Assembly (NCBI GenBank): GCA_044892525.1
Contig: CM097885.1
Coordinates: 215,946,001-216,010,000, forward strand
Direction of reading: 5' to 3'
Source: Schmidtea polychroa
Taxonomy: Eukaryota
DNA: 64,000 nt
This document shows positions 37,444 through 50,921 of the stretch, one piece after another; positions within the stretch are counted from its first letter, which is position 1; each line of letters opens with the position of its first letter. The notes beneath the pieces are model-generated. The model did not search any database, was not told the DNA's origin, and worked only from the letters and a program-made list of their open reading frames with translations. Both the position numbers and the translations under genes were made by a program.

Positions 37444-39265
37444 AGATCGCAAGGCTGTTTTCGTTATTGCAGAAACTGCTAAAAGCCTGGGACAGAACAT
37501 CGACGAACTTGCTCTAAACAGAGACTCGATTCGACGACTTAGGGTAGAACATCGAGTTCAGAGAGCTGCCAACATAAAAGCAAAGTTCCAGGATAATGTA
37601 CTACTTGTAGTTCATTGGGACGGCAAACTGATTCCTGATCTGATTGGAAAGGAGAAGGTTGATCGACTGCCGGTTTTGGTTTCTGGAAAAGGAGTATCTC
37701 AGCTACTTACAGTTGCTAAGCTTCCATCTGGAACAGGCGAAGCTCAGACTGCTGCTGTATATGAAGCCATCAAAGACTGGGGCATAGCCAAGAGTATCCG
37801 AGCTGTGTTTTGACACTACTAGCTCAAACACTGGTCGGATTGCTGGTGCTTGTGTACTGTTAGAGCAGAAGCTTCAGAAGGAGTTGTTATCACTGGCTTG
37901 TAGGCACCACATTATGGAACTGATAATTGGGGCAGTTTTCCAGGTCTGCATGGGAGCCTCATCCTCCCCAGAAGTTGCACTCTTCAAACGCTTTCAAGAG
38001 TTCTGGAGATTTATAGATACGGCTAAGTATGAAGCAGGCACTACAGCTGATGACGTAGCAAGTTTACTGGAGGATATAAAGCAAGACACCGTCGATTATG
38101 CCAACAAGTATCTTGAACAGAGTCAGCCGAGAGATGACTATAAAGAATTCTTGGAACTTGTAATTGTCTTCCTCAGTGCTGCTCCTCCCAGAGGTGTACG
38201 GTTCATGGCACCTGGTGCAATGCACCATGCTCGTTGGATGTCCAAGGTGATATACAGCCTAAAAATTTGGATGTTCAAGGCGCAGTTCAAGCTGACTACT
38301 GCAGAAGAGCGAGGGTTGCGTGATGTTTGTGTATTTGCAGTACGAGTGTACCTGAAAGCTTGGATATCTGCACCTCAAGCAGCAGGTGCTCCATTCAGTG
38401 ACTTGCTGCTGCTGAAGTCGCTGCTCGAGTATTCATCAATACATGCAGCCATTTCAAAGGCAACATCTCGCAAGTTTGCAAATCATTTGTGGTACTTATC
38501 TGAGAAACTGGTAAGCTTGGCTTTTTTCGACAGTCGGGTCAATTCGTCAACCAAACGACTGATGGTGAGTGCCATGCAAAATGATGAAAACCAGGATTCT
38601 GATCATTGCAAACGTATCACAGTTGCTCTTGGTTCATTTAAAGAGAAAAACTTGGAAGATTTTGTCACAGCTACATCAATGATTCTGCTTCAACAGCTTG
38701 AACTGCCAGATGGATTTCTTGCAGTTGACCCAGACTTGTGGGGAGACAGAGATGATTACAAACAAGCTGCAGAAACAGTTACATCTCTAAAAGTTGTAAA
38801 TGACCATGCTGAGCGTGGAGTGGCCCTCATTCAGGAATACAGTGGATTAATCACCCGTGATAAAACACAACTTCAATTCTTGCTGCAAGTTGTCCAGGAC
38901 CATCGCAAAATGTATCCCGACAGCAGGAAAAAGACTCTGTCCGCCATCTCTGGGTTTACATAATAACAGTTAATTTCAAGTTTGCTGGACATTTACAGAT
39001 TGTTTGTGTCAGAAGCTAAAGAAACATTTCACTATTAATGTCTATGTGTGTAACACTGAAGTTTGCAAAAAAATAAAATAGAATCAGAATTTGTTGAATT
39101 TACAAAAATTTTATCATATTTCAGGCACTTGAGCTACCTCTAAACATAAAAATTTATTGCTTAAACTTTTTATACAGTGTTTCTATACCATAAGGAACAG
39201 ATTAGGGGGGTAAGACTTTCAAAAATTATTTTTTTATTTTTTTTTATTTTTTAAGCTCCACCCTG
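37024..39265 (+). mobile_element. hATm-type transposon, young
   Basis: TIRs TAGAGTGGAGCTT / AAGCTCCACCCTG (11/13). Perfect TSD CTGCGAAA at 37016-37023 and 39266-39273. Confidence 0.93.
37313..38963 (+). pseudogene. hATm transposase broken by one extra T near 37810
   Basis: VVHWDGKL, DRLPVLVSG, (AVF)DTTSSNTG, LACRHH, PRDDY, HHARWM, LWYLSE and VNDHAERGVALI. Lacks the N-terminal region seen in the 12857 copy. Confidence 0.9.
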
Positions 39266-40042
39266 CTGCGAAATGCCCATTATAATTAAAAAGTAAAGGT
39301 ACTGCGAAATAATCTTAACTCTAATTAGACAAATAAACGAATCAGATGAAATGACGGGTAAGAAGCGTACCGAGTAGGATGTGGGTTATAGTAGAGGTTG
39401 AATTCAAATTCGAAGTGAAGATTCAACATCTCAAATCGGTAAGCCTCCCCTCACTGAAAATTCATTTCTATTTGTATAATGTTAGATTAATTTAATTAAA
39501 TTCGAATTGTGGTCGGCGAAAACTCAAGTACCAGGTTAAGATAATTTTCATTTCACGTTACTCCGTTCTGAAACCACCCGATCTAGCAACATTAGGCCTC
39601 GCCCTAAATTAATCGCAAATTTAAATAGATTTCATTTACAGTAAAGGATAATAAACCATTCATAATTTGATCAAATCTCGCTCCCGGTAGTTTTATAAAG
39701 TAAGGATGAGTTCGGTTAAGCAAATGATGGAAAGATTCCGTCGACTTCTGCAATCGTGTGTAAAATTTGAAAGCGGTAACTTCTGAATAACAATGAATGT
39801 GGCTCGAATTTACTACCAGGAAATCCCCTTAACGAAAATGTATATTTTAGCTTATGTCAGAACCGAATCTTCCACCATCCGACCCGAAACCAAGTTTTTC
39901 GTGCGCCGATAAAAACGCAAATGTGCGTCAACTAAACAAATAGACACGCTGGTTCTCCCCACCACCTATGAAGGAGGCGAACAAAAAGATTCAACGAAAT
40001 TGAAACGCCGCATCCACGAGTTTCCGCTTGCGGACAAACTGA

Positions 40043-40483
40043 ATGTGTTTCCAGTTCATCATCGGACCGTCTAGATCATTATGTAACAATCATGGCCCCG
40101 AGATATTTCCTACTGCAACCCCTGACATCGTTTTCCTGGGAACCAGTCAGATGCAGCCGACACTCACTGGTACTTCCAGACCATCAAATGTTCCAGCGAA
40201 CTCCGACAGCGTTCCAACTCAACCAAATCCACGAAAAAAGAAAAAACGGTTAACCCGGGCGGAAAGATCCAAGAAACGTCGTGACGAGATCTCGGCCCTG
40301 GAAGCGACTCTGTTTGCCGTCTCTGAGGTCAGTAAAATCCAACCGCCGCATGCTCCGGTGGCACCAATTGCCACCCAATATCGATCGATTCCAGCAGTTA
40401 ATTCTAGGGCTGTTAATGATTCATACCTGGAATCTGACATCGCCGCCATGTTAGCCGAGGGCGAAATGCAGACGGCGAATTGA
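40043..40483 (+). CDS. ORF-C terminal exon (unassigned, basic NLS-like tract), copy 2
   Basis: 146-aa open frame CNNHGPE..TATPDIVFLGT...RKKKKRLTRAERSKKRRD...LESDIAAML, homologous to 16380-16755. Preceded by small exon-like segments at ~39330-40040. Confidence 0.65.
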   Translation: MCFQFIIGPSRSLCNNHGPEIFPTATPDIVFLGTSQMQPTLTGTSRPSNVPANSDSVPTQPNPRKKKKRLTRAERSKKRRDEISALEATLFAVSEVSKIQPPHAPVAPIATQYRSIPAVNSRAVNDSYLESDIAAMLAEGEMQTAN

Positions 40484-40775
40484 CCAATATTTACTCGAGA
40501 CTGTTGTAGTTACTCGGTTCCAATTACAGTTGTCGCAAATTTCAAAGATTGTGTGAACTGATTCAATGATGTTTCTAACTTCTATATATCTAGATTTGTA
40601 ATACTTCTAATATAATTGTGTATCAGATGCTTTCTTTCGTTGCGTTTTGTTGCGTGATGTATAATCATAGAACAGTTTGTTAGAGAGTCACGTAGGTGTA
40701 ATAAACTTTTAGAGACGACCTAACTTGAATCATGGGTGTCGTATAGTCGAAAAGGGATCAGATAAGAAAGAAAAA

Positions 40776-41017
40776 GATGTAAGTCCTAACGGCAATCAGG
40801 AACCCGAATGATGAATATCGGTAGGAGTAGTACTAACATAGGGGCTCACCTGCTTACGAATTCCAACCCATGTGTACAGTACCAACATGATTCCTTATCA
40901 TGGGTACACATGCGGGAGAATACTGTCAAACCATATTGGGCGTTTAGGAAGGAGTCCTCCATAGCACAATCGTCATCATTCCTAGTAACTGCCTTTGAAA
41001 CACACCCTTAGGCGCCC
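40776..41017 (+). ncRNA. Structured RNA module copy B2
   Basis: CTAACGGCA..GAACCCG. Stem GAAT/ATTC (compensatory to GAGT/ACTC in B1). CATGTGTAC AGTACCAA CATGAT TCCTT ATCATG G GTACACATG at 40869-40912. Terminal GGGCGTTTAGG/CTTAGGCGCCC. Confidence 0.75.
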
Positions 41018-42984
41018 AACATTTAGCTACTGTTTTGGGTACTTGTATTAGTTGTATATACCTACATAGTAGAATTATTCGTGGGACATATTTTAAACAT
41101 CACTGGGCCACTTATTCGTCAATAGTTGAGTTATCTTTTGATAGCTCAAAGTATTTTGAATATCTTTCGCTAGATTTGTTTTTGCTTCAAAGGCCCATTT
41201 TAATCTTTAATCCAAAATACTTTTAAATGGAGCTTCATTATAGTTCTTCCTGCCTCTCGTTCAAGTGTTGGACAAAAAGTGATTTAGGCCCACGTATAGT
41301 TAGCGTGATGGAATGAGTCGGAAAATAGGACGCAGGCACAAATACCGAATAAAGTTAAACTCAAGACACGTCAAAACATCGATTAAAATCCACTAAACAG
41401 AATTCATTTGACACCAAAATGACAAACACAAAACTAAAGAAGAATAAAATAGGAAAATAAGTATTTCACGAAACGAACTGAAACATAACATAAACACATC
41501 AGAAAAAAATTTGAATTAATGGCGATAATAGAAAGTAGCAGCGGAAATTAGAAAGATTTCGACAAAAAAACACCAAAAAATGAATTAGGAATAATAATTT
41601 CAATAAAAATAATAAAAGCTAGAATATTCTATAAAAATGGCGAAATTCATCATAGCTGCCAAGTAGCTAATTGAAACAAACTAAAAGATAAAATATTTGT
41701 GAATTAAATTATCAAAAAACTAAAATCAGAATTAAAATAAATAGGTTAGGGTGATTGTACTATTCTTGAAACGCTTCCAAAATCTGATCGAAAGCCGTCA
41801 CTTGGTCACTAGGCATTTACACGCCGGCGATTCGTCTTGCCTTTATATCACTAATAGGCTGATTTACTCTGATTTAGTAATCTCTTGTGCTTTTATTTGG
41901 ATTGTGTTGTGTGCGCGCTGTTTATAACATATTTCATAAATATCAAGACATTTTTTAATAATGTATTTAGACGAAGAATTGAGAGTACTTATACCAAATA
42001 TCGCTGAAATCTGCAAATGCCGACAAGCGGATGTATTACATTAAATGATTTTCGCATCAAGTAAATTCCATTCGAGTATATATATTTCAAATGATTTAAA
42101 AGCAATGAATTTGCAAAAATTATTTTAATGTATTAATAAATATATTTTACTTAATATTTTCATAAATTATAATGCAATAATGAACCTGGATCAGATGGTC
42201 ATTACTGTATACAATTATTAAAATTTGATATTTTAATTGCAGGAAATACAATATTTACACCGTTAATAACACCAACCAAATTATAATTATAAATTTGTCT
42301 GGATCAAATAATTAATTGAAATAAATGTAATGCAATTAACAAAAAAATGAAACAAAACATTAAAATAGTATTATTGCTAATAGAATTATAATTAGTATGT
42401 TATATGCAAGGAATTATTATTATATGTGATTATATTTCAACAAATTCTAACTTTTACTTGTAAAGTTGAAGAATTTCTAGAATTTTCTGAGTGAGATTCA
42501 CTAGACAACTCATCATTAAAATTTATTAATAAATCCAACTTACAGTTTAGTTTTGGATAAATTTGATGATCCTCGTTTATAATGACTTGGCATAACAACT
42601 CTTAATTAACACTTAAATACGTTTAAATAAAATCATTCATTTTTCTAAAATTAATATATGACTAATACACAATATCATAAATAATATTCAATTATTATTA
42701 AAATACTATAGAAAAAATAAAGTGCAAGAAATTAGACGTGGTATATTTAAGAATATTAAAACAATGCAGATTCCAGAGTAATTTTAATTATTTAAAATAT
42801 TTTAATTAAGATAATTATTTCACTTTCAATTTAATATCGAAATATTTTAATTAAAGTACTGAAAGACTAAATATATAAAAGCACAAATTATAAAATATAT
42901 TTATATTATAACATTAAATTTCAAAAAAAATGTGCTTAAATATTTTTATAACATTTTTATTGATTAAGTTTTGTTTCATTTTTG

Positions 42985-43226
42985 GAACGTCACTATAGAT
43001 TTAAAAGTGACAGTTTATACTGGTACTTATAGATGTTGAATCGACTCCTTCATAAACGTCTACATGATTATTGTACTTTATGCCATCTGGGCATCCATGG
43101 TGATAACCAAGTTGGTGCTGTACACAATGTTTGAAAATCCATGAGCAGGTGAGGTCTATCCCTAAAACTACTCCTCATGATATTTTTATTTTCGGGTTCT
43201 GGACTGCCGATAGAAGGTCTTACGTC
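42985..43226 (-). ncRNA. Structured RNA module copy F
   Basis: GACGTAAGACCTTCTATCGGCAGTCCAGAACCCGAAA...GAGTAG...CTCACCTGCTCAT...TGTGTAC AGCACCAA CTTGGT TATC ACCATG G...GACGTTTATGAAGGAGTC. Confidence 0.7.
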
Positions 43227-43635
43227 ATTTTTATTCTTTTGCGACTGTTGCTCGATTTTTGTCATATGATCGTTTAATTGTGGTCCACATTTCTGGATGT
43301 TTACTATTGTTCTTTTTCTAAAGTTTCGCGCAGGAATTCACCCATATTTCCCGGTTAATAAATGTTATTTTATTATTCTATGCAATACCTGCGAATATTC
43401 AACCTATCTTTCAAATATGTTAGAAGATGGAAGAACGTTAAAAACTTTGAAACTCAAATACTATATAATAGGAACAAACAGGTACAGAGTAAATATGCAT
43501 GTGGACAATAGTCAATGATGATGATATCTATGCGATGAAAAGAATAAACATTATTGTTATAACTTATTATTAACAATTTGATTTATATTGATTTATTCTT
43601 GATGACATTATAATAAATTTGTATTGTTGTTATTG

Positions 43636-43818
43636 NNNNNNNNNNNNNNNNNNNNNNNNNNNNNNNNNNNNNNNNNNNNNNNNNNNNNNNNNNNNNNNNN
43701 NNNNNNNNNNNNNNNNNNNNNNNNNNNNNNNNNNNNNNNNNNNNNNNNNNNNNNNNNNNNNNNNNNNNNNNNNNNNNNNNNNNNNNNNNNNNNNNNNNNN
43801 NNNNNNNNNNNNNNNNNN
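43636..43818. other. Assembly gap
   Basis: Run of N. Confidence 1.
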
Positions 43819-45699
43819 TATTTACTTTTACAACCATCTGGTTAATTATGTTTACTTTATTGCACTGAGTGCATTTGATCTTTTATTTGTTTTATTTGCA
43901 CTAAGTGCATTGTTTGTGGGAGACGAATTTTGATTTTTATTTTAATTTTAGGTTAATTTTGTTATAATTATGGAAAATTTAAAAAAATATATACTTTGTA
44001 ATTCAACAAATGAAAATAATACTTTATAGCTCAGAATTTCCGTATTGTCTGTCATTTGTTTTAGGCTATTTATTATTTTAAATGACCTTTTGACTAGTCA
44101 TGGACATTATCGATTTTTTGATATTTTATAGGGACTTTGAATTTTGCTAATAATTGAATGTATGTATATATAACATTTGTAAATTTATTGGCAATTATTA
44201 TTTTTAACATTATATATTGTGATTTTTGGAATTGAGTAAAAAAAACTAATTATATTAAATTATCAATTGTGCACAGTGCAAAGTGTGTAATTTGTAGTAA
44301 ATACCGTTTTCGGTAATAAAACTATACAAATGATTATATTGATTTTAGCTGTTATTTTCGAGTAATTTATTACGTTATAACCACTTAGAAAATTTGCTAG
44401 AGTGTATTGACATTCGAAGTGGAATGTCAACAGGGATTTCATATATAAATCGACTGATTTCTCAGTCAAACCACCCAAAAAATAAGAGCTTCTAATAAGA
44501 GTTGTAAATTCAGAAATTGATATTGCAATATAATTTAGGGCATACCTATTTTACACATCCGAGCTCAGGAAGCTGCAAGCATTTACATACACATACACAC
44601 GCATATTTTAGCAAGGATCAGGCTATATTTCCAACCTTGACTTATTTTATATCATAGCTACTCATAAATTTCATAATATTACCCAAAATTAAGCCTTGCA
44701 TACTCCAACCGATATCATTGTCTTTATTACCACTCCCAACTCAATAAAAGTCATAAAAGGTCCAGTGACGAACCCGTCGGAGCCCCTCCGAACGAATCCA
44801 ATCGACTGAGTGAGCAAGATCCGCGAACAACCGACTCGACACCAAGGCGCTAGGCGTCAGCATGTTGCGAACATTTTTGAGTCTTAACACACTATTTAAA
44901 ACTTTGAATATATATGAATGAAACCGAGCACGATAACCTTAATTACAAAAATTAACATAGAAACAAATGTTAAAAAGAATAAAACAACAAAAATTAAGTA
45001 AAACTAAATTGATTATAAAGTGTTATTAAATCATAACATTATATAAAATTATACCTTACATAAATTTATACTTTACATTAAATTACCAAATCCAATTCAA
45101 CTTACCACGATGGCATAAACCGAAAAATGAGAGAGCTGATCGCAAAATTTCTTAAATGAGTGAATTTGTCACTGTCTAAAAAAGTGTTTCAACTAAATTT
45201 GCAATCAGTATTTATACTGATTTTAATTGCATTCTCTGCCACTAGATCCAATCAGAATGCAGTAAATTTGAATTAATTTTGCACAAATGCCTGAGTCTGT
45301 AATTATTTATTTTTAATTTAATTAATTTAAATAATCAAAATTTTCCAATTTTTATTAATTTTTACTATTTAATTTTATAAATTTTATAATTTAAATAATT
45401 TTAGCTAATTTTATTTTAGTTTTCATTAATTTAAACAATTTAGTTTTATAAATTTTATAATTTACATAATTTTAACTAATTTTATTTTAATTTTTATTAT
45501 TTTATCAGTTTACTAGTTTCAATTTTAAATTTATTTATTTAGAATATTTTCATATTATTAATTAATTTATTACCGATTATTTTATTTATTATTATTTTAT
45601 TTTCTAGTTGGTAGATTTTTCGAATGCGATATTTCTCCTAACTGTGTTGGTGATTGCAACCTCTTGCGTTTCTTGATTCTATTACACGTGTTTTATTTA

Positions 45700-45800
45700 G
45701 TACACCGTCAAAAGGCCCCGGGACAAAACGACTCCATCAAAAAGACCCCGACATAACAGCCTCCGACAAAAGGGCCTCTGACAATAGGACCGCGTAGATA
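45700..45800. repeat. Short imperfect tandem subrepeats (GACAAAAGG-CCC-like), probably a transposon subterminal array
   Basis: CAAAAGGCCCCGGGACAAAACGACTCC..CAAAAAGACCCCGACATAACAGCCTCCGACAAAAGGGCCTCTGACAATAGG. Confidence 0.45.
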
Positions 45801-46453
45801 GAAAATTGAATTGGATCTTAGTGAACTGTGATAATACTCAACTTTATAACTACGTACTATTAGGCATTTTTAGGCACTTTATTTTGTATTTTTGGTGCAT
45901 AATCATGGATTTTGATTCAACTGGGTGCGGTTTTTATGTTATGTATTTTCGACACATTAAAACAAACTCTCAATCCTTGATTATAGCCCAACACTTTGAA
46001 GTCTTCAGCTATCAACATTAATTCGACAAATCTTTCGGTTTCCTTTACGAAATCTTCAACATAGGTTTACATTTCTAAATTTTTCTGTACCATATTAGAT
46101 GTTTGATTTCTTGATTTAATAACATCCATAATATTTCAAAACAAAACAAAACTATATTTTTAAACACAAAACAAAATGTCTCTTATTTAAACAATCTCTG
46201 TTTTTAGCTTTGAGGATATTTTCGCACGCATGAGTTAATAATTGAATATTTGTACACAAGCATTCAATAGATATTTTATATTTTAATTTTCAATCATTCT
46301 TAAATATATTTAATTTACCGTCAAACAATTTAATAATTTCGACATTCACATTTAATTGATTATTTTAATTTATAATTTATAATCTACATTTATTAAATTA
46401 TTTAAATCTATTTAAAACTGGAAATTAAATAATAATTCTGTTTAATTACTTTC

Positions 46454-46678
46454 ACACAGGTAATACAGATACTAACCTTTTCTGATGATTCCAGCTCAAC
46501 CCAAGATACAAGATACCCAAGATATGTCACACGATAACCGTAAAGTACTCAAAGTTGGTACTGTACCGCATTTGAGAAAGGAAAAGGAGCGTACTTCTAT
46601 GCATTATAATTGGCAAGTGTTCAAAAAGGTTTGTAGACTGCCGATAGAATGCTTTGTGCCCGACTTTTGTCTGGTCCC
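46454..46678 (-). ncRNA. Structured RNA module copy E (decayed)
   Basis: GGGACCAGAC...TTCTATCGGCAGTC..AAACC...TAC AGTACCAA C...GGGTTGAGCTGGAATC..GAAAAGG...ATTACCTGT parallels copies A1 and A2. Confidence 0.65.
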
Positions 46679-46738
46679 AACTATTTTGAATCTGACAGAA
46701 GAGTGTATAAGTCAATGGATTTCGGTCCAAACATGTAT

Positions 46739-47208
46739 TTAAATAAAACAAATTGAACTCGATCCCGACAACCATGGCATGCAATCTGAGCCTTTCTTTC
46801 TGGTTGTCGTCTTGCTAGTTCCTTTTTTCCCGGTTTACATCTTCCGACTGAAAAATAGATTTTGCCTTTAGTTCAAACACTCTCTGATGAGTTGGGTCGG
46901 CTGGAAAGAGCTTTAATGGTGGTCAGGACAGTACTATCTTGGTGAAAGACTCATTTATGTCGATTTGTCTCTCTTCGGTCTCCAGGTGTCGTATCTTGAG
47001 CTTTAAGACCTTAATTTCTTCTTGATCCAGAACGTCTTGCACCTGTAAATAAGCGACCATTATCTTTTGTTTATAAGGCTTGAGTGAAACTACGCGTATT
47101 CCATTTATTTGCAGTTAAGTTTTGAGTGATCAGCCCTTTAGAGATGCATTTCCATTTGTTTTTTAGTCTCAATTAGGTTAGTGCAAAATCCTTCGAAAAT
47201 TCGTTCTA
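46739..47208 (-). pseudogene. Decayed ORF-B exon, copy 3
   Basis: Same acceptor phase (TTCAG|T). VERIFEGF...CK*MEYA*FHS (cf. CREMERTWFHP) and IKVLKLKIRHLET (cf. IRALKIQMRVMET). Confidence 0.65.
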
Positions 47209-49044
47209 CTGAAATTAAAATGATCAATTAAAAACGAGCAACCGAGAATCATGTATACTGTTATTTCATTCAATAATCTGGAGAAACTTTAACGAAATAA
47301 GTTAAAGCCAATAGCATGCTTATTCGAGACGTTAGGGCGTCCCATTCTTCATAAAGCCTTTATCCACAGCGACACAGGAGTTTACAGGGTTAACTGGTTA
47401 TGACAAACAAAGTTCCCCAACATTCTGAGGTCAAACATGTCAATGATTTTATTGACTTGCATGTTTCCCTGCATATTTTTGCATTTTTCTTTGAATTTCT
47501 ATTATTTTTTATTATTTTTCTATTATTTCTATTTTTTTATTTTTTAATTCATTTTCCTATTATTTAAATAAATATTTTATTCTCAATTCTTATTTTTATT
47601 CATCGCCGTGAATTCGAATTTTTATTTATTGTGTTATTTATTTATGTTATATTTGTGTTTGTTTCATGCCATACTTTTGTCATTAATTTTAATATTTACT
47701 GATTTTGGTATTATATTTGGTCCTTTTTCCGTGTTTACTTGTTGTTTTCTACATGTTTTGATTTTAAATCGACTTAAGACTATGTCTGCATATTATGCAC
47801 ACGCTTTTTGCTCAAAATTCTAGATTAACTTTGGGTCAAAATAAGTTTTTGCCTAACGTTATTTTATACATCTTCAGACTTTCATTTGCCATTGTTTACC
47901 AACCTCCCCCTCAAAAACTTTGATTTCTACTTTTAACATATTTAGTTAGATTTTAGTTAATTTCTAACAATTTTTCATTTTATTTTATGCATTTTATATA
48001 TCCCGAACACACCGTTGCTTAGCAACGGGTGTCAGGTTGTAGAAATAATGTTATCTAAGGGAATATTGAGCAGTATGATCCATGTAATATTTGATTTGAA
48101 AATCATTTTTTGGGCTATCCAAAGATATCTGAATTGAATTTTCTTTGTTTAAATGAAGTGATTTTTTAAAAAATTGTTTGTTTAAATGAGGTTTTTAATT
48201 TGAAAATTTGAAAATATTAAGCAAAATATTTATAAAAATTAAAATGAAAAAATATCATGTAGATTTATTTTAAAATTTAAGAATAATATTAAAAATAATA
48301 ATAGGGAATTATCGCATTATTGAGTTAGTGTATTTTTAATTTGACATGATTTTAAAAATTATTGATTTAATTAAAATACGTCTCAAATCTGAAATATTAA
48401 TTTTAATAATACTAAATTAAAAACTCAGTAATTTTTGGATTATTTTGAATTAAAATTTATTATTGATTTATTTTTAATGGTTACCGAAAATCTAAATATT
48501 AAACCAACAACATTTAACTTAAAAAAATAAAAACATTACAACATAAGTCATCTTCTATCATAACTCATCCGTGACATGACTATTAAAGGGGAGAAGACAT
48601 GGCGCTCCTAACTATTCAAGTGTTAAATATTTTATTATATTTGACTACGGTGAGCTATTACAAATTGATGAAACTTGAGTTTGTTATAGGAAAAGGAACA
48701 TTAATAATAGAAATCAACCATTAACCTTCTATTAGTATTTTGTGAAACTGTGGCTCGTCATGTTATATGTAGTTCTCGGAACAGAGCTCTCTTTGTACTG
48801 GTGCCTATTCTCTTGTGTCATCTTAGAAACGTTATCATTTCCGATGCTCATGAATCATTAACAATTTCCACATAAAATACTATATCGACAACTTCCATTA
48901 TAAAAAAGTTTTCAGGAAATTGATGTGAAAAGTGATATAAGTCGACGACAGTAATTTATTACAAATTTGGTACATAATTTTTCCTAAACCATGTTCAAGA
49001 CTAAATTATTTTATATAATGATACGCCCTAAAATGCTAACGCAG

Positions 49045-49413
49045 CTAATTCGTTAACATTTCCATATTTATCTGATTTTCATAATTAATCTTCCCTAATT
49101 GTTTTAAAAATGCAATTTTATCATCTGAAAATAGGACATCAGGTTTATAGTTTTTAAGCCGTTCTTGCTCATCAATGAACTCTTTATAAGACTGGTACAA
49201 AATTGGTTCCGGATTAAGATTCTGATTGTACACTCCATGAACTATGAACTGATTAAATTGCTCAAAATGACATTTCTCATGATATTGAATAGATCTCCAA
49301 TGCATTTTTGATAATTTATTTGGATTGTCCTTTTCAGCAAATGCCATGAGATCTTTATTGCACATTCCACAAACTCCAAAATTTGTGGTTCCATGTCGAA
49401 CCATCAAATGGAC
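49045..49413 (-). CDS. Predicted downstream exon of the multi-C2H2 zinc-finger gene
   Basis: Acceptor TTGTAG|GTC at 49414/49413, reading VHLMVRHGTTNFGVCGMC...HEKCH. It completes the finger begun at the end of the 57993 exon. Confidence 0.75.
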   Translation of the reverse strand, partial: VHLMVRHGTTNFGVCGMCNKDLMAFAEKDNPNKLSKMHWRSIQYHEKCHFEQFNQFIVHGVYNQNLNPEPILYQSYKEFIDEQERLKNYKPDVLFSDDKIAFLKQLGKINYENQINMEMLTN

Positions 49414-50129
49414 CTACAATAAAACAACAGAATAAAAAGATTAAATAACTATTTTTCGATACAATAAACTCAAATGGAATCCTTGAAATCATAACATTTG
49501 CAAAAACAATGTTTTCTTATTTCAGAAAACCAAATTTTGGGGGTCGGCTTATATGCGAGTATATATAGTATATCTTGAAAAGTATTACTTGGATTATAAA
49601 ATTTTCATTCGAGATTCCAAATCAAACATTTTAGAAAAATTGAGAATTTTGAAAAATTTACAATGTTTCACATATGGAATTTTCATTATCTGGGTAATAA
49701 AAAAATAATTTAAATCTAAATAAAAAAACTCCTGACTCTTTGTTTATATAAAGCTACAAATACTCTTTAACTGAGACTTTGGAATAATGAAATTTGCAGT
49801 TTTTTTAACACAATTTCTAGGTTAACGCAATCATTTTCAGTTTGCTACAATAATAACAATAACAATAAGATAATAACGTAACATTATGCACAACATAAAT
49901 GTATATACAAAATTTCAGTCAACAAAACATAACAAAACATATAATAAAAAATGCATGTAAACTTTCGATATGTAGAAATTTTGCATGAAATAATAACATT
50001 TAAAATTTAAAATAATAACATAAAAAAACTCTACTTTGAGTTGTCGAGAAAATGAAAAATATTCGTAGGATTTATCTTATAGTTATAATAAAAATATTTT
50101 GTACAGGATTTCTGAATTTTCAGTTATTA

Positions 50130-50921
50130 CAGTCAACCCTCCTACAACGTGACGGATGCGTCCTTAGGAAACGACGCGTTGTAGGAAATCGCATTGTAAG
50201 AGGCATGAACTCTATAAATAAAAAGGGGTTAGGTTCCAAGTATAAAAAACTGCATTTAAATTAATAAAATGAAACTTTAATAAGTTAATTTCCAAGATTT
50301 TAATAGGAAGTCTTCAATAAAATTATAATAAATTAATAAAATTTAACAAAATAATTCACGTTTTTAAAAATTAAGAACTAAATAAAAATTCAAATTTTTA
50401 AAAATTAAAATATAAAAAGAAATGTTGATGCATATTATTTATTTATCTTCTTCATCATTGCTAAGCGGATGATGTCACGAACGTTTTGCTGGTGCTACAT
50501 CCGAATCTGAATTACTGGAGCAATGGATAGGTTCGTAAGGTCTTGCGATCGTTATCGGCTTGACAAAATTAGTTATTATAAATTGTTTCCTTTTTGCGAG
50601 CAAATCTTTATAAATTTCGTCATAAGGAGACAAGCAATTTTCTAAATTTCTTGTAAATTTTTGACTTCTTTCATCCATTGGATCATTCTCTAAAAATTAA
50701 TTTGCTAACTGCTTCGCCATATCTAAACCTTTTTCTACACATTTTACAGTATACAGAATACACACACATTTCTGTATATACAATGATTTTTTAAAAGGTA
50801 CATTTTTTAATATCGCGTTGTAGGGAAAAAACTCGCGTTGTGATAAAAATTGCCTTAATTTATAAATCGCGTTGTAGCGAAAACGTGTTGTAGAAGTGTC
50901 GCATTGTAGGAGGTTTTACTG
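50130..50921 (-). mobile_element. Tigger/pogo non-autonomous derivative
   Basis: TA|CAGTCAACCCTCCTACAACG ... CATTGTAGGAGGTTTTACTG|TA. Internal MDERSQKFTRNLENCLSPYDEIY..KRKQFIITNF matches a Tigger C-terminus. Confidence 0.88.

Noticed and set aside
31386-43933. ORF-track entries containing long X runs
   Set aside because: Artefacts of translating through N gaps.
46482-46490. CTGATGA hammerhead core inside RNA copy E
   Set aside because: It lies on the strand opposite the inferred RNA, has no suitable GAAA partner, and is absent from the homologous copies.
49530-49570. pogo-like terminus GGGGTCGGCTTATATGCGAGTATATA
   Set aside because: Single short end without a matching partner or coding remnant.
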